64,000 nt of DNA from Camelus ferus. Lineage: Eukaryota. Under the pieces are notes generated by a model that had not been told where the DNA came from, searched no databases, and saw nothing but the letters and a program-made list of their open reading frames with translations. Below are positions 1 through 12,185 of the stretch, piece after piece (the first letter of the stretch is position 1; every line of letters starts with the position of its first letter). The stretch spans positions 10,480,001 to 10,544,000 of the forward strand of contig NC_045698.1 in assembly GCF_009834535.1 (NCBI RefSeq). The letters are read 5' to 3'. The position numbers were made by a program, and so were the translations under genes.

Positions 1-551
1 TCTATGTTAGTTACTCTTTCCCACATTTTTATCTCTCCCCATCCTATCAGCATGGTCTGTCACAACTTTTTTTAACCTTGTTATGACTATGTCAGTATTG
101 CCCATTGCCAAGCCAAGAAGTATGATGTAATATGTTTCCCATCTTGTACAATCGTTTGTCTTCCAGGAGTTCATTGCCTCTTTTCACTCACTTGCTTGGT
201 TTTCTGTGTATTTTTATTTAATTTTTTTGCTAGTGAGCCATCAGCTCCACCAGATGCCTGCCATATTATTTTCCAAATGCTCCAATGCATTAATATGTAA
301 CCAGTTCCATTCTTCTCCCTGGAGCCCTCCCTTCCAGAACCCTCTGGCTTCCTGTCTCAAGCAGTCTGATTGATCTTGTGACCAGCTATGCACACAGCTG
401 TCATCCAGGGACTGCCCTTGGCCATGCTCAGTGGTGTTATCAAGGCCGTCTATCTCTGTCTCCACCGCCTGGTTGGGCTGGCATCACACTGGATACAGTA
501 AGACGGCTGTGATGACTGTGGCCACTCTCACTGCAGATCCTTCCCAGTGAA

Positions 552-1102
552 TGAAGGGGACCAGAATATGCCACCCCCAAATTTGCCTTTTTGGCTAATG
601 GATTATTTTGAGCTAAAGACTTATGAGAATCAGCAGACACAGGAAAAACTCTAAAAAACAGGGCATAAGTTGGGTTTTTTTGGTAAAGGAAATTTACATT
701 TTTAAAATAAATTTCCATTTGTCAAGATGCCTCCCTCTCCTGTACCAGGAAGAGGAGGACTTTTAACTCTTATCAGTGGAGAAGGCATGACTTAAATCTG
801 CACCACAAACCTTACTAAACCCTGGTTTACCATATCTTTCCTGGTCAGCTTCTCCTACATGCCTCCCTTGGCCAGAAGCCCCAAACCCCTCTTCTTTGTT
901 TAGCCTCAGATGGCATATAAGCCCAAATTCTAGCCACCTCTTTGGGCTACTCACCACTGGGTGCTCCCATGTAATTCGTGATGCACATGTAAAAAAACTT
1001 CTGTTTTTCTCTTGTTAATCTGTCTTTTGCCTGTCTAATTTATAGGATCACAGCAGGGAAACCTAAGATGATTAAAGGAAAAAGATTTTTTCCCTTCCAC
1101 TA
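552..1102 (+). mobile_element. ERV1-class solo LTR, MER34-like
   Basis: Starts TGAAGGGGACCAGAATATGCCACCCCCAAA...GGATTATTTTGAGCT, recalled as the MER34-family 5' end; internal TATAA at about 916. Confidence 0.7.
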
Positions 1103-1789
1103 TCCTAGCAACCCTAGTGAAAAGTGACTTCTTTATTTTAATATCATATTTCAAACCCAGGGAAGGCTCCAGTCGCCTCTATGTGTGTGTCACTGGCCCC
1201 TTCGTGAACACAGCGATGAGGTGCTCTAATGGCCCTTGTGATTTACAGCCCCTTTAAGACATCATGGAACCAGGGAGGGTGGGCATTTCCTGAAAGAAGG
1301 GGCCCAGCCAACCCACCCCCTGTGCCCACTGCAGGGCTGGACCAAGGAAAGACTGATGGAGGGGCATTAACTTGGGAGCCGGGGGACCAGGGCTCTATTC
1401 TTGGTCGTGCCTACTGAGTAGCTCCATGACCTTGGGGAAATTGATGGGCTTCCTCTCGTCACCTCAGAGTCAACTCCCTTCAAAGGAAGGATCTAGAGTA
1501 GACTTTGTGCTATTATCCAAGATTCTAAAATCGTATCCTCTGTCCAAAAAGAGCTTGTAATATAAAAGGTGCTCTGTCTCGGACGATGGTGTAGATCACA
1601 AAACAATAATGGAACAGTAATGGAAAAGAGAAGTGGAACCAGAAAATAAATGTCCCAAAACAATGATTTCCTTGATTAAACTTGTATTGTAGGCCAGGCC
1701 TTGTTAAACGTTTTATTTGGATTATCACATTTTTAACTTCCAAGATTTCTCTCTTGTTCTCTGATTAACCCAGTTTCAAAGCACCTTGT

Positions 1790-1950
1790 TACATACATCT
1801 CTGTGCCTCCATCTCCTCATCTGTAAAATAGGGATAATAATCTTACCTACTTAGTGAGATTTATGGTAAGAATTAAATGAAACAATGCATGTAAAACACT
1901 GAGAAGTACCAGGAATACGATAATCGTTCAGTATGTATTATCAACATTAT
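1790..1950 (+). mobile_element. MIR SINE
   Basis: CTCTGTGCCTCCATCTCCTCATCTGTAAAATAGGGATAATAAT...AAATGAAACAATGCATGTAAAACACT is the MIR core. Confidence 0.8.
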
Positions 1951-2514
1951 TATTAGCTATTCTTCTGCTTGGTTTTCTTCCTACTGGACATTTGAGGGGG
2001 AAGCTTTCTCTCTCTGTTCAGTCTTCCATCTGCCTTCCCTCATCCAAAAGTATGATGCATTTATTTTTAGCCTACTGGCATTTCTTTGATTTTCCATTTC
2101 CCTGTTTTTTGCCTCTGGTCACAGTAGGGTAGAAGAGTCAGTGCCTTCAGGCAGTTTGCCACTGTTAACCACTGTCTCCTGGTTTTTGACTTTTCATAAT
2201 TTAAAAATTTTATTTTTTTATCTTGTTTTATTTAACTCATGACATTACTCAAATGTTCACACTTAAGTATGTGAACTTTCCCTTCCTCTTTGATAAAGTG
2301 GTATGAACTTCATAAGTAATCCCCCATGTGGTGTCGGGACATAGGAAGGGCTGAATGAAATTTTGTGATGTCCCCCCCATCTCCATCCTCTTTGTGATAA
2401 TGCGTCTCATGATTCTGGCTCTGGGTAGTCACTAATCAGCTTCATTCTGAGCTGGGCAAGGTAGTGGAAGCAGTACATCTCCTCTTATCAGTCAAGAAAG
2501 ATGCGTCTAAGATG

Positions 2515-2640
2515 GGTAGGTGGGTGGGTGGGTATAGCTCAGTGGTAGAGGGCATGCTTAGCATGCATAAGGTCCTAGGTTCAGTCCCTAGTACCTCCAC
2601 TAAAAAAAAAAAAAACTAAGAAAAAAAAAAAAAAAAGAAA
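2515..2640 (+). mobile_element. tRNA-derived SINE, camelid Vic-1-like
   Basis: GGGTATAGCTCAGTGGTAGAG (A box)...GGTTCAGTCCC (B box)...TACCTCC plus poly(A); flanking AAGAAAGATG at 2494-2503 and 2635-2644 is a probable TSD. Confidence 0.8.
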
Positions 2641-2974
2641 GATGTCAGTGAAAGGTAGGAGTTCAGCAAGGTTTAAATGTTGGGCAGAGACAGCTGGTGG
2701 AGCTTTCCATCACATGGTGCAGCTTTAAACCACGCTTGAAGATTGGAGTGCCATGAGTGAACCAAAGAATTCTTTGCTGATGGGTTATCCAAAAGAGGAC
2801 AGATCAAGAGCTTCCAAGAGCTCTTGTCATTGGCTCATTTATTCACTAATTTTGCAAATATTTATTAAATGATTTGAATGTGCTAGGAGCTGGGGACACC
2901 CCAGTGCACAAGACAGATGAAGTCTTGGGTGGCCTGTTCCACTGGGGTAGGGTGAAAGAGCTTTACTTGCCATC

Positions 2975-3395
2975 GAGAATTTTCTTCAGTAGCGCATCAT
3001 TGTTATTCCAACTAACAGCCCTTCCTAATTCCTTTCTCTGTTGTCAACCCCGCCACAGAGGCTGAAAAAGCTAACGCGTGCTTCCCCAGCCTCCCCTGAA
3101 GTCCGGGTAGTCCCATGACACCGTTCTATGGAATGTTACTCAAGTGGTTGTCTGCAGGCGTTTCTGGGAAGGATGCCGGTCGCTGGTGCTGCCTCTTCCC
3201 CATCTTCCTTCCCTGAATTTGAACACAATGCTTAGAGCATCAACAGCCAACGTGCTGGAAGGACCAGGAGAGTCACAGGGTTGAGAAGCGGCGTCCAGCC
3301 TGCCTCTGGACTTCCTGTGACCTGAGATTCTTAGTCACTTTATCTGCCTTTGTTTAGGTTTGTTAGTTATAGCCAGAAACATTCTGGACTGACAC
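2975..3395 (+). mobile_element. Old ERVL LTR (LTR33/LTR16-like)
   Basis: CACAGAGGCTGAAAAAGCTAA...TTCCCCAGCCTCCCCTGAAG...CATGACAC and 3' CCTGCCTCTGGACTTCCTGTGAC motifs. Confidence 0.55.
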
Positions 3396-3524
3396 CAAGA
3401 CAGCAATCACTGTAAACCCTTTACTTGTCTTTTCCTTCTTAAAATGAAACCTCAAAAATGTTCCCATATTGAATATTCTTTTAAAAATTTAAATTACCAT
3501 TGGCTGATCATTTACTTAATATTT

Positions 3525-3796
3525 ATTTATTTATTTTAATATATGTTTATTGATGTGCAGGCGGTTTACAATGTTGTGTCAATTTCTGGTGTACAGCACA
3601 ATACTTCAGTCACACAGGAACATACATACATTCGTTCTCATATTCTTCTTCACCATAAGTTACTATAAGATACTGAATATGGCTCCCTGTGCTATACAGT
3701 ATAAACTTTTTATCTAATATACATATATTGGTTAGTATGTGCAAATCTCAAACTCCCAATTTATCCCTTCCTACTCCCTCCACTCTGCCTGGTAAC
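3525..3796 (-). mobile_element. 5'-truncated L1 3' tail
   Basis: Same 3'UTR family as the copies at 5.5-6.3 kb and 54.1-54.4 kb; perfect 16-bp flanking repeat CATTTACTTAATATTT at 3509-3524 and 3797-3812. Confidence 0.85.
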
Positions 3797-4269
3797 CATT
3801 TACTTAATATTTTTGACAGTGCAATAAGCTTCTTTGACCACAGGATCATTATGGAGTAGAAAGCCAATCTGGCAGCCATCAACAAAAAATCCTTTAAAGT
3901 TCTACCAGCTTCAAGCTCAGAGTCCAAAATAGAGCTTGACAACCCCAAGAACTGCCATATGGCTGCTCCCTTGAGCAGAGGTGTGAAAATACTGACTCTA
4001 TCACAAAAGGTGGAGAAAAGCAGAAAGATTCCTACTCTTATTTCAGTAAAAGGAGAGAACACAATGTCTGCAGAGACACAAACGTCATCGACTACTCCCA
4101 AGCCCCTGAGATTTGCTAAAAAAAACCATGCCGGATGCTGTAGGATTATCATTCCTAAAGGAATGTAATCTCATGTAATCCTAAAGGAATGTGATGTCAA
4201 CCCAGACATCACAGAGATTCAAGCTGCAGCAAAGGCTAGCGTGATGACCAAAATCCTAATATTGCAGAG

Positions 4270-4615
4270 CAGGGGGTGTTTAGCAAAATACTTTCTGCAG
4301 GCCCAGTGTGACCCGGCACCTGTCCTTATAAGGTTTGTGAGCTGAGATTGGTTTTTACATTTCTCAATGGTTGAAAGTAATCAAAAGGAAAAGAATATTT
4401 TGTGACGTGTGAATATTACAGAAAACTTGAGTTCCAAGGTTCCTAAATAAAGTTGTATTGGCACACAGCCACGCTCACTTTAATTTAAAAATTATCTAGG
4501 GCTGCTTTCATGACACAATGGCAGAGCTGAGTGGTTGCCATGAAGAGTAAGTGGCTCACAAAGCCTGAACTATTTACTACCTGGCCCTTAACAGGAAGTG
4601 TGCCCACCCCGTTTC
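4270..4615. mobile_element. hAT-Charlie MITE, MER58-like
   Basis: AAATAAAGTTGTATTGGCACACAGCCACGCTCAC...AAGCCTGAACTATTTACTACCTGGCCCTTAACAG; similar to the copy at 21.85 kb. Confidence 0.75.
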
Positions 4616-5107
4616 AGAATCTAGGGCCTGAGCAATGACCTATCCCATAAGAATAGGTCATTTTTTTCTACTGACTCAGCGTTTATTGAATCAAATGCTA
4701 AACTCCCTCTAGGCCTTAGAAACTGTTAAGACAGCTTGTCTTATAAAGTACGTATGATAGTGTTTGACGTCTAAGATCTAGAGATCTACTCTATAAAAAA
4801 CATCGATAGTGTATAAAATCAACCTCAGATAAAGGGGCCAAAACAAGGAGGCAAGATTCTCTATGATACAGAAAATTTCCCCCTCTGCAGTTTCTTAGGG
4901 GATCACATGTTAAAATAACACTGAAAAGTTATACTGGTAATATATAATCTTGGAACATTTGGAAAATACTGAGATGTAAGCAGAAGAAAATTAAAAATAG
5001 CCTTTAAAATTATCACCCATGATGACAACTATTAATATTTGAGGGTTCATTCTTCCAATATTTTTCTGTGCATAAATATTTTTTCCACAAAATTTAGCTG
5101 CTCACAC

Positions 5108-5505
5108 TGTATTAGTATTATTTCAGTTGCAATTGGTAAGAAACTTATCTTAAATAGCCTTAAGCTAAAAAAAAAAAGAAAGGAAGGAAGGGGAGTTGGC
5201 TCATGTAACTGCAAGATACAGGAGTATACTGCTTCAGGTATGGCTGAATCCAGGAGCTTAAGCAACATACTAGGGCTCTTTCTCCATCTCTTAGTTCTAC
5301 TTCCTCCATGTATGTATTAATATCATATCATATCAGGCTCTTTCTTTCTAGTGACGAAAGGGCTGAAGAAGTCCCCATTGCACCTTTAATCCACACAGCA
5401 GCAATCCCTACAGGAGGAAAAAAAAAGCATTTTTTCCTCCAACAAACAAATATGAGTCTTTTCAGTGTCAGTCAATATCTTTGACACTAGGAGTTTTATT
5501 TGCTT
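5108..5505 (-). mobile_element. Old MaLR LTR (MLT1J/K-like)
   Basis: TTTCAGTTGCAATTGGTAAGAAAC...GGCTCATGTAACTG...GCTTCAGGTATGGCTGAATCCAGGAGCT. Confidence 0.5.
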
Positions 5506-5536
5506 CCTGATAAATAATCATTTAGATGCACCACAA

Positions 5537-6318
5537 TTTTTTTAAATTGAAGTATAGTCAGTTACAATGCATCAATTTCTGGTATACAGCACTATGTCCC
5601 AGTCATGCATATACATACATATATTTGTTTTCATATTCTTTTTCATGAAAGGTTATTACAAGATATGGAATATAGTTCCCTGTACTATACAGAAGAAATC
5701 TGTTTTTTTAATCTGTTTTTATATATAGTGGCTAATATTTGCAAATCTCAAACTCCAAAATTCATCCCTTCCCACCTCCTTTCCCCTGGTAACCATAAGA
5801 TTGTTTACTGTCTGTGAATCTGTTTCTGTTTTGCAGATGAGTTCATTAGTGTCCCCCTTTTTTCTTTTTTTAGATTCTACATATGAGTGATATCATATGG
5901 TATTTTTTCTTTCTCTTTCTGGCTTACTTCACTTAGAATGACTATCTCTAGGTCCATCCATGTTGCTGCAAATGGCATTACTTTATTCTTTTTTATGGCT
6001 GAGTAGTATTCCATTATATAAATATACCACAATTTTATCCAGTCATCTGTCAATAGACACTTAGGTTGCTTCCATGTCTTGGCTATTGTATATAGTGCTT
6101 CTATGAACATTGGGGTGCATGTATCTTTTCAAATTTGAGTTCCCTCTGGATATATGCCAAGGAGTGGGTTTACTGGATCATAGGGTAAGTCTATTTTTAG
6201 TTTTTTGAGGAGTCTTCATACTGTTTTCCATAACGGTTGCACCAAACTACATTCCCACCAGCAGTGTAGGAGGGTTCCCTTTTCTCCACACCCTCTCCAG
6301 CATTTATCATTCGTAGAT
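5537..6318 (-). mobile_element. 5'-truncated L1 (ORF2 C-terminus plus 3'UTR)
   Basis: ORF 5877-6110 gives MFIEALYTIAKTWKQPKC...MPFAATWMDLE, the L1 ORF2 C-terminus; flanking ATGCACCA at 5526-5533 and 6319-6326. Confidence 0.92.
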
Positions 6319-8469
6319 ATGCACCATGAGTTTTTAAACCAACCCGTTAGAGGAAATTTTTATCTCAGAATTATAATTATAGGATTAGATGAAATCTGAG
6401 AATCATCCAGTACATTTTATTCCTTTTTACAGTAAAGGAAATTGAGGCCCGGAAAAGATAAGTGATTTCTCATTATCTTAGTTATTGACGGCGGGGAGCC
6501 AGATCTAAATGGTTCCGAGATTCACTCTCTTCCAGCTGCTCTCTCTTAAATGTCAACCCTGAAGCAAAATGTCAGGCTAGAAAAGCAGCCAGCTAACGGA
6601 GTGTGCCTGCCTGCCCAGGGAGCCTGAAAAATAAATGAGTCAGAGAAAAAGAGCAATCTGGTTCTCTTCTCTCCTCCTGGGTTTCCTTCTAAAAATGAGG
6701 GTGGGAAGAGGGTAGAGAAAGCCACAAAGGCTGCTGTTTGTTTGTTCCTCTTTAACTAAACATAAAAAACACGCTTTGCTGGTTCATCAGAGCTGCAAGT
6801 CTAGTAACGCATCTGTAAGTTTTCGAGATTGTGCCTCTTCATATATTTTCACTTAATCTTCACATTATACAGCAAAATTGTTTTCTAATTAGTATATTTT
6901 ATGTGAGGCTCCTGCTGTCCCTGTGATCTTAAAAAGCTTACCAGGCATGAAAGAGGAAGTGCCATCCATCAGGAGATGAATTCGTTGACCAGAACATCTG
7001 AGCACTCAGAGCCCATTTGCAAAGAAAGAGAAGGAATCTATCTGCAGACTTGGTGAGCCCAGCAAAGAGAAGGCAAGTGGACCGGAGGCCCTCAAAGAGG
7101 GGCATGATCCGTATATTCTGTGTTCTGCAAGAGCTCAGTCGGTGTCCACCAGATATTGAGCAGGAGACCCAGGAGAGACTGAGATCTTGCCCCTGACCTC
7201 TGGAGCTCACGGTCAAGTGTGAAAAGATGAAGACTTGGACAAGTAGCTCTCAGTGTACTGGGTGCAGTGGGAACAGTCGAAATGTATGAGAGGGCAGTGG
7301 AGCCAGGCTGCTAACTCACCATGGGTGATGATGGGTGGTCTGGAATTGATTCTCAAAAGAGAGCAGGCTTGAGCAGAATCCAGAAGGACCACTGGTGTCA
7401 GCCAGATGAAAGTACACCCAGGTAGTGCAAACCCCAAGGTCAAAGGCCAGAGACAGTGAGCAAGCAAACTGTAGGCAGGACTGATGTCAAAAATTTGGGA
7501 AAGAATAAAGCCATCTAATTTGCTGGGTGAAAAAAAAAAAAAAAAGGAAACACTAAGTTCTGTCTGCTGGACCTACACAAAATTGTGAAGTCCTTCTCCA
7601 CACACGCCACCTCTGCATCTTTCAGTTCCCTCTTCAGTTCTCAGATGCCCTCCGTTATCCCTCCCACCCCCTTAGGCTCTCTTTGCACTCTCCTTATCAA
7701 CCTCTGCTCTTAGTAAGAGCCATGGCTTGATGACACTAAGGTGTAAATGACTGATAGGATCGTGCTGTAATTCAGTTGATTGATACATTTTTACAGGAGA
7801 TAAAATTCCAGACCAAGGAACACACTGTAAATCATAATCCTAGGTGGACAGCTTAAGGCCTCAGTGTCAGAATCACAGAAGCTTCTGCCAGTGCCCTCTG
7901 GAAAAGCTCCAGGGTTCTTTAGGCCTGTTTCTGCTCCTGCCATGTTGGCCCCTCTCCCAAGGACTCTCTTGCTTTCTCTGCCTGTTTGGGCTTCACACCT
8001 TGGCTTCCCTAGACTTGCCTTGATCTGCTGATTTCTCAGCTTTGGCTGTGAAACACCAGCTTGGGTCTTGGCCTCACGCATTTGCTCAGCCTCATGCTGT
8101 GACAATGGACATAGTGCATCTCAGCCACGCTCTGGGCTGGCACGTTGCATGGTGGACCACGGTTCTCCTAGCCTCAGCTCATTCAGGAAAATGAATACAC
8201 ATGGCCTTTGGGGCATCACTGAGATCCTGGGAAGAGATTTTTTTTTAGGATATACTTTCCATATGGCCCTGGAAGATGGGTTCAAATCCTTGACTGTCAT
8301 TTATCAGCTGAATGACCTCGTGCCTCAGTCTCTTTGTGTATTGGGAATAATAATAGTATGTGTCTCAAATGGGGGGGTTGAATTAATTAATTCACCCAGA
8401 ACACTTAATAGAGGCTGGCGTTTCATGAGGCCTCAATTAATTAATAGGTCATGATGATGGTGGTGGTGG

Positions 8470-8897
8470 TGATATATACATATAATGGAATGTTATTCAG
8501 CCCTGAAAAAGAAGGACATTCTGACATGTGTTAGAACACTAAAGCATCTTGAAGACATTAATATGCTAAGTAAAATAAGCCAGTCACCAAAGGACAGATA
8601 CTGTATGATTCCACTTACAAAAAGTAGCTAGAGTGGTCATATTCAGAAAGAAGTCAAAGGCAGAAAGTAGAATGACCATTGTTAGGGGTAGGGGTTTAGG
8701 GAGGGGGAGGAATGGGGAGTTACAGTTTAATGGGTACAGAGTTGCAGTTTGGGAAGATGAAAAAAGTTCTGGAGATGGATGATTGATGATACTTGCATAT
8801 CAATGTGAATGTACTTAATGCCACTCAACTATATACTAAAAAATAGTTAAAATGGTAAATTTTACCCTGTGTGTTTTTTACACCAAAAAAAAAAAAG
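8470..8897 (+). mobile_element. Old L1M (L1MB-like) 3' end
   Basis: ATAATGGAATGTTATTCAGCC...TGCTAAGTAAAATAAGCCAGTCAC...GTTCTGGAGATGGAT...GTGAATGTACTTAATGCCACT plus A tail. Confidence 0.85.
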
Positions 8898-10109
8898 GCA
8901 ATGAATTTGGTTAAGAACAGTTGGAAGTGAGTATAGATGGGAAAAGTCCACTGATTCTTAGTAATATGTCCGATCACTGCCTTCACTCACATACTCACTC
9001 ATGTTTTCATTCAAGGAATATTGGCTAAGTACTTTCTACACACCAGGCACAATTCTTGGTGCAGGAATTACAGCAACTGACCAGCAACTCCCTTTTCAAC
9101 CTCCCATTTAGAGGAGGATGTTTAACTGGAGTTCAGTCAGTCAAGCAAATTTGCAATAGAAATGAAGATTACAATTATTTGCCAAAGGTGTAATGGGTTC
9201 CACTGTTCTCAGGACAAACATCAACTTGTCCTAGCCTGAGGCTGACCCGGATATGCATGAGTGACCCTTGAGTAAAATGAAAGGTTTGGCACAGCAATGG
9301 AAAATTCATTTTGTAGTGTCTTCAACAGTTCTGAACGTTCACATTCCATTTTCAGAGTTCAAATGGTCTAAGAAAACTTTTTGAAAACAAAAATTCTAAG
9401 AAAATATTTGCTAGAGTTTATTGGCCAGGTGCCCCCCACCTTCTCTCTCTCTTTCTCCCCCTCTCTTTCTTTCTTCTGATTTGGGCCATAGCAGGATCGT
9501 CCATGTGACTAACTGGAGTAGCATTTGCCCCGGCCACTCATTCTGAACTCTGCAGCATCACAATCAAATGATGTGCATCTAGGCACAATACTAGGCACTG
9601 ACTTTGTTTTCAGCTATTCTAAGGTCAATGTTTTGGTGAGTGCAATAATTTGTGTCAACATTTCAGCTGAGACAATTGCTGCAGGGGCTTTGCTGACCTC
9701 TGAGAGTGTGGCCTCCCACCATACTCTCAATTTACCCATTCAAAAATATTCAATCTACGTAGTAGGTCCATGATATACGAAGTTAATATACTAGGCTCAA
9801 CAATAGAGTTACTGTTCTAGTACAGCACCAGTTAGATGGTTTTTTTTAAATGCCTATGTGCTCAAGATGCATAGAAGGCAATGATGGTGTCATTAAAGGC
9901 AATAAAGATTTGTCAGTCTATATACAAAAAAAAAATCCAAGCTCTGAGCTAGACATTAAGGATTCTAGATCAGAATTCTTGCCACCAAAAAGCTCACAAT
10001 CTAGGTATTTTTAAAAAGATGGATAACATCATTGTTAAGACAGGCAGTAAGTCACACTTGGGTAGACCAGAAAGCCAATCAGAAATCTCTATGTGTAGTC
10101 ATATCCTCT

Positions 10110-10335
10110 AACTACTAATATTTATATGATGTTTATTATGTGCCAAGCAGTATTATAAGGTTTTTGGATATATCTAATCACTTCATCCCCATAACAACCC
10201 TAAAAGGAAGATACTCATTTGAGCTGCATTTTACAGATAAGAAAACTGAGGCACAAGAAGTTTAAATAATCAAGCCAGACCATGTGGCTAATAGCAGCCA
10301 GGCCAGGCGGTCTAGCTTCAAGGTTTAGGTCTGTA
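10110..10335 (-). mobile_element. MIR SINE
   Basis: TATGTGCCAAGCAG...CATTTTACAGATAAGAAAACTGAGGCACAAGAAGTT. Confidence 0.75.
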
Positions 10336-10809
10336 AGGAGCACAGTAAGGAGCCTCCCACTCAGCTTTTGGAGTAACAATGAACATTACAGCAAACCACA
10401 AAATGCTGATTGTGAGTTAATTAGAAGGATTTTAGGCAGAATCCAAACAGCTGTGTTCATAAACATTACCTTGGGGGAGAAGGTGAAAGTTACTGGCTAA
10501 TTTATTTCCAGTGGTTAAAGGACTTAAGCAAATTTTATTTTATTATACCACAAGAAATTAGTCCTGGTATTTTCAGCTTCTAGAATAGACCATTTGTACT
10601 CATACCCTTATTTATGTTTAATTACACAAAGCAATTTTAAGTCATTTATCTCGTATGAATAACAAGGCTTGATAAACCCAAGTCATGGTTTATGGCTATA
10701 GAAAACACCCGTCTGTATTAAAATCTGATCTGGATAGAAAGGACTTTCCCTCTATACATGCGGTAGAGTTTGGAGATACTTTTATTATCTTCTGTGAAGC
10801 GTTGGCTGC

Positions 10810-11030
10810 GAAGTGGTGGGGTGGCTGACAGATCAGACCTAGGTTCAAACTCTGTATTAGTATTTACTCAGCCTGTTTCCCCATCTGTAAACTGTGTAAC
10901 AACAGTACCTGCCTCGTGGGCCAGTGTGAGGATTAGGTGAAATAATACAAAAAAAAAATACATAAAAGGATTACCTAAGTGCCTGGCCTGATGTCAGCTG
11001 TTGATAAATCACTAGCATTATAGTAATTGC
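10810..11030 (+). mobile_element. MIR SINE
   Basis: TCAGACCTAGGTTCAAAC...GCCTGTTTCCCCATCTGTAAA...GTGAGGATTAGGTGA. Confidence 0.7.
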
Positions 11031-11874
11031 TATTGCTCTGATTCAGAATCTCCCTGGAGGTGCCAAAGACCTGGGGTCCTCTAAACATTTACTCTGAGAC
11101 TCAGAAAAGAGGGGGTGTGATTTCTTGTAGATATGCTCTAAGTATACTGGAGCCACCTACAATTCCAGGGTGCTTTCCACATCTTCCTTTAGCTATGGAA
11201 TTTTTTAAAAGGTGCCAAAGACATGCTACATGCAAATCTGTCTCTGGAACTGTGGGAGAGGAAGTGTTCACCAGGATTTTAATTTTCTTCCTTGTTCTTC
11301 TGGAAAAAAGGGCCCTCTGACTAGACAATAGTGGGTGAAAGAACCTTGCCGGAAGTGCCTTTTTATTGTTGGACTATTTATTTTTACTGTTTGCTATTTC
11401 CTTGGTTTTTTCCTTTTGATAAACCACTTTATCAGATGATTATAATTTTGTCAATAACCGCTCCTTAAGTAAACTGTGTTCTAAGTAAGTATAGCCCCGT
11501 TCTGCTGACCGCGGAGGGAAATAAAGATCAGAAAATTTGCCCAATCTAGTGGACCGGGCCCTGGGCCAACAGCTGGATTCCAGTCTCGCCCTCCCAAAGC
11601 CGTGACCCATCAGCGGTACGGGCCAGGGAAGGGAATCCTGTCATCTTGCCAGGGGAGGGAAAAGGGACCAGTCCCCTCTCCCACATCATGCCATCCACCA
11701 GGTTTCTTTCCTTCCCACTCAATGGGCCTTCGATGTGAGGGAGGTGCGGGATCCGTCCTGATGGAATTCCCAGAATTTTCCAAGAGGCCGCGCTTGCATC
11801 CCACCAGAAGCTTCCCGCGCCTCAGCGGAGCAACCAGCGTCTCCGAGCACCCGGGTCTCAAAACACAGAGGGCG

Positions 11875-11982
11875 CGGAAGCCCCGCCCATTCCACCAGAC
11901 CCCGCCCTCTTGGCCCCGCCCCTCCTAGTCGCGCCCTCCCATTGGCGACCCGGCAGGTCAGTCAGCTCCCGCCCGGGGCGGG
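11875..11982 (+). promoter_or_regulatory. TATA-less proximal promoter: clustered GC boxes, reverse CCAAT box, ETS core
   Basis: CCCCGCCC at 11881-11888, 11900-11907 and within 11912-11922; GGGGCGGG 11975-11982; ATTGG 11941-11945; CGGAAG 11875-11880. A further ETS motif CCGGAAGTG at 11349-11357. Confidence 0.7.
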
Positions 11983-12121
11983 AGCACAGACTGCGGTCTG
12001 CACCCCATCCCTCCCGCGCCCGCCTGCCTCGGGGAAGCGAGCCGCGGCGCCGGCGGGCGGCCGCCGCGTCTGACAGACCCACTGGCCGAGGCTCTGCGCC
12101 CGTCGGCAGCACGCGGCCGGC

Positions 12122-12185
12122 ATGGCGGCGCGGAGGAGCCCTCAGCAGGAGCAGGAGCGGGAGCGGTCTCGCGTCCCCGCCGCAG
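12122..12185 (+). CDS. OTULINL: OTULINL coding exon 1 (MAARRSPQQEQERERSRVPAA-G)
   Basis: ATG in strong Kozak context (GGCATGG) inside the CpG island; donor CAG|GTGGG at 12186; phase 1 matches exon 2. Confidence 0.93.

Noticed and set aside
2531..2600. Possible tRNA gene
   Set aside because: Poly(A) tail, probable TSD, degenerate stems and a second truncated copy indicate a SINE.
4153..4193. Short direct repeat TCCTAAAGGAATGT x2 (similar small duplications near 32825-32875 and 36231-36268)
   Set aside because: Two or three units only; local slippage duplications, not a repeat-spacer array.
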